Origin: Psilocybe cubensis
Lineage: Eukaryota
Direction: 5' to 3'
Length of the DNA stretch: 64,000 bases
Assembly: GCA_017499595.2 (NCBI GenBank)
Contig: CM039002.1
Span: 558,001-622,000 of the forward strand
Notes under the pieces: model-generated
The model's database searches: none
What the model saw: the letters and a program-made list of their open reading frames with translations, nothing else
What the model was told of the DNA's origin: nothing
Made by a program: the position numbers and the translations under genes
Shown: positions 63,012 to 64,000 of the stretch, piece after piece
Position numbering within the stretch: position 1 is the first letter of the stretch
Layout: every line of letters starts with the position of its first letter

Positions 63012-64000
63012 TGCAACATCTCCATTGTATCCCCTCTTCCCTGACATTCAGCATCTCAAACCCGATCCAAGAGCTATGGTAGGAATACCGAACACACATC
63101 GCGTCGACGTGTCCTCTAGGCAAAACTGATGATGGGGGCACGTGTACATGAACACATGAGCGACGAGGTGGAGTTGCGGATCCGAGATCATCAGTCTGCT
63201 CTTTTTTACGGCGTTGGGACTTGGGACCCTGAAGTCCTTGACTTTGCGGGGGTATTTTATTCCCTTTTGTTATCATTCCTGAAATTCTAGATATTTTATG
63301 GTCTTATTTTTCAATGGGCCCTCCGTCGGTTTACCATGACGAAAAAGACATTCACGACCTTGTGAGTGTCTAGGTACTAGTAAACTGGTGTTTGTCAGGT
63401 TTCTTTGATCCTTCCTGGCCAGTTTTCTGCGGCACCTTGGGTAAACTCAACGTTACCTCGACTCCCGGCTCCGACACGACTTTACTCTCACTCTATTTTC
63501 TTTATATGTATGATCCGAAATTTTGACCGGCTGGCACGTCATCATATCGTGAAGGGCTATGCAATGGGAATGGGATGCTGCGGGTGTCCTAATTACACCG
63601 ATACCTCGAGAGATACCTCGTAGAACTACATTCTGATCTATGCAAACTCCTTGTCATAATGTATATATATGCAATCCATCGATATTGCAACTGTGATTCG
63701 CAAGGTAGATGACTGAAGGGCGACAGTCAACGTAAATGATTACATTAAGGATCCAAAGAGTAAATAATTCACATCGTGGTGCGAGCACAGGCCCATGCAG
63801 GCCTCCTAAACCTAGTTCCTTTCGCATTATTACCTCCGCCTATAAGATGCTTCCCGGTCTGAGTAGCCAACGGGTAAGCCCCGCAAACTGCGAGATTTTA
63901 AACGAGGCTTCCTCCGACAGCCTACCGGAGGCTCAGAAGGACGTTTCTTCACATGATGATCGAATACTTGTCTTCAATTCTGAATTTGTTCTTCGGAGTT

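Overview
Intron-rich fungal genomic DNA, most likely an agaricomycete basidiomycete (short ~50-nt GT-AG introns, AA9 LPMO, CE4 deacetylases, F-box/LRR expansions, Plavaka transposases). About 40% of the window is DNA transposons whose ends I could delimit by eye from terminal inverted repeats (TIRs) and target-site duplications (TSDs). (1) A 16,150-bp GC-rich Plavaka element at 2851-19000 (CATC...GATG ends, TA TSD). It carries an apparently intact transposase, a divergent DUF6532-like/AT-hook gene, three small minus-strand orphan genes, an uncharacterised ~1050-aa protein preceded by two arrays of dyad-symmetric motifs, a CpG-rich subterminal satellite and a tRNA-like A-box/B-box. (2) A 1,281-bp non-autonomous element only 16 bp away at 19017-20297 (perfect 17-bp TIR, TT TSD). 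(3) A 214-bp CACTA-like MITE at 46994-47207 (TCA TSD). (4) A 7,646-bp AT-rich Plavaka element of a different subtype at 50421-58066 (TGTC...GACA ends, AG TSD). Host genes between them: CE4 chitin deacetylase, GST, two F-box proteins, PuuE-like CE4 deacetylase, UPF0014 membrane protein, a Q/N-rich disordered protein, AA9 LPMO, YggS/PLPBP, a tandem DUF427 pair with a conserved AG|GT zero-length-exon junction, a hypothetical protein, a multi-TM protein and an HSP20-like protein. All family calls come from motif recognition, not database searches. Exon boundaries are manual and approximate.
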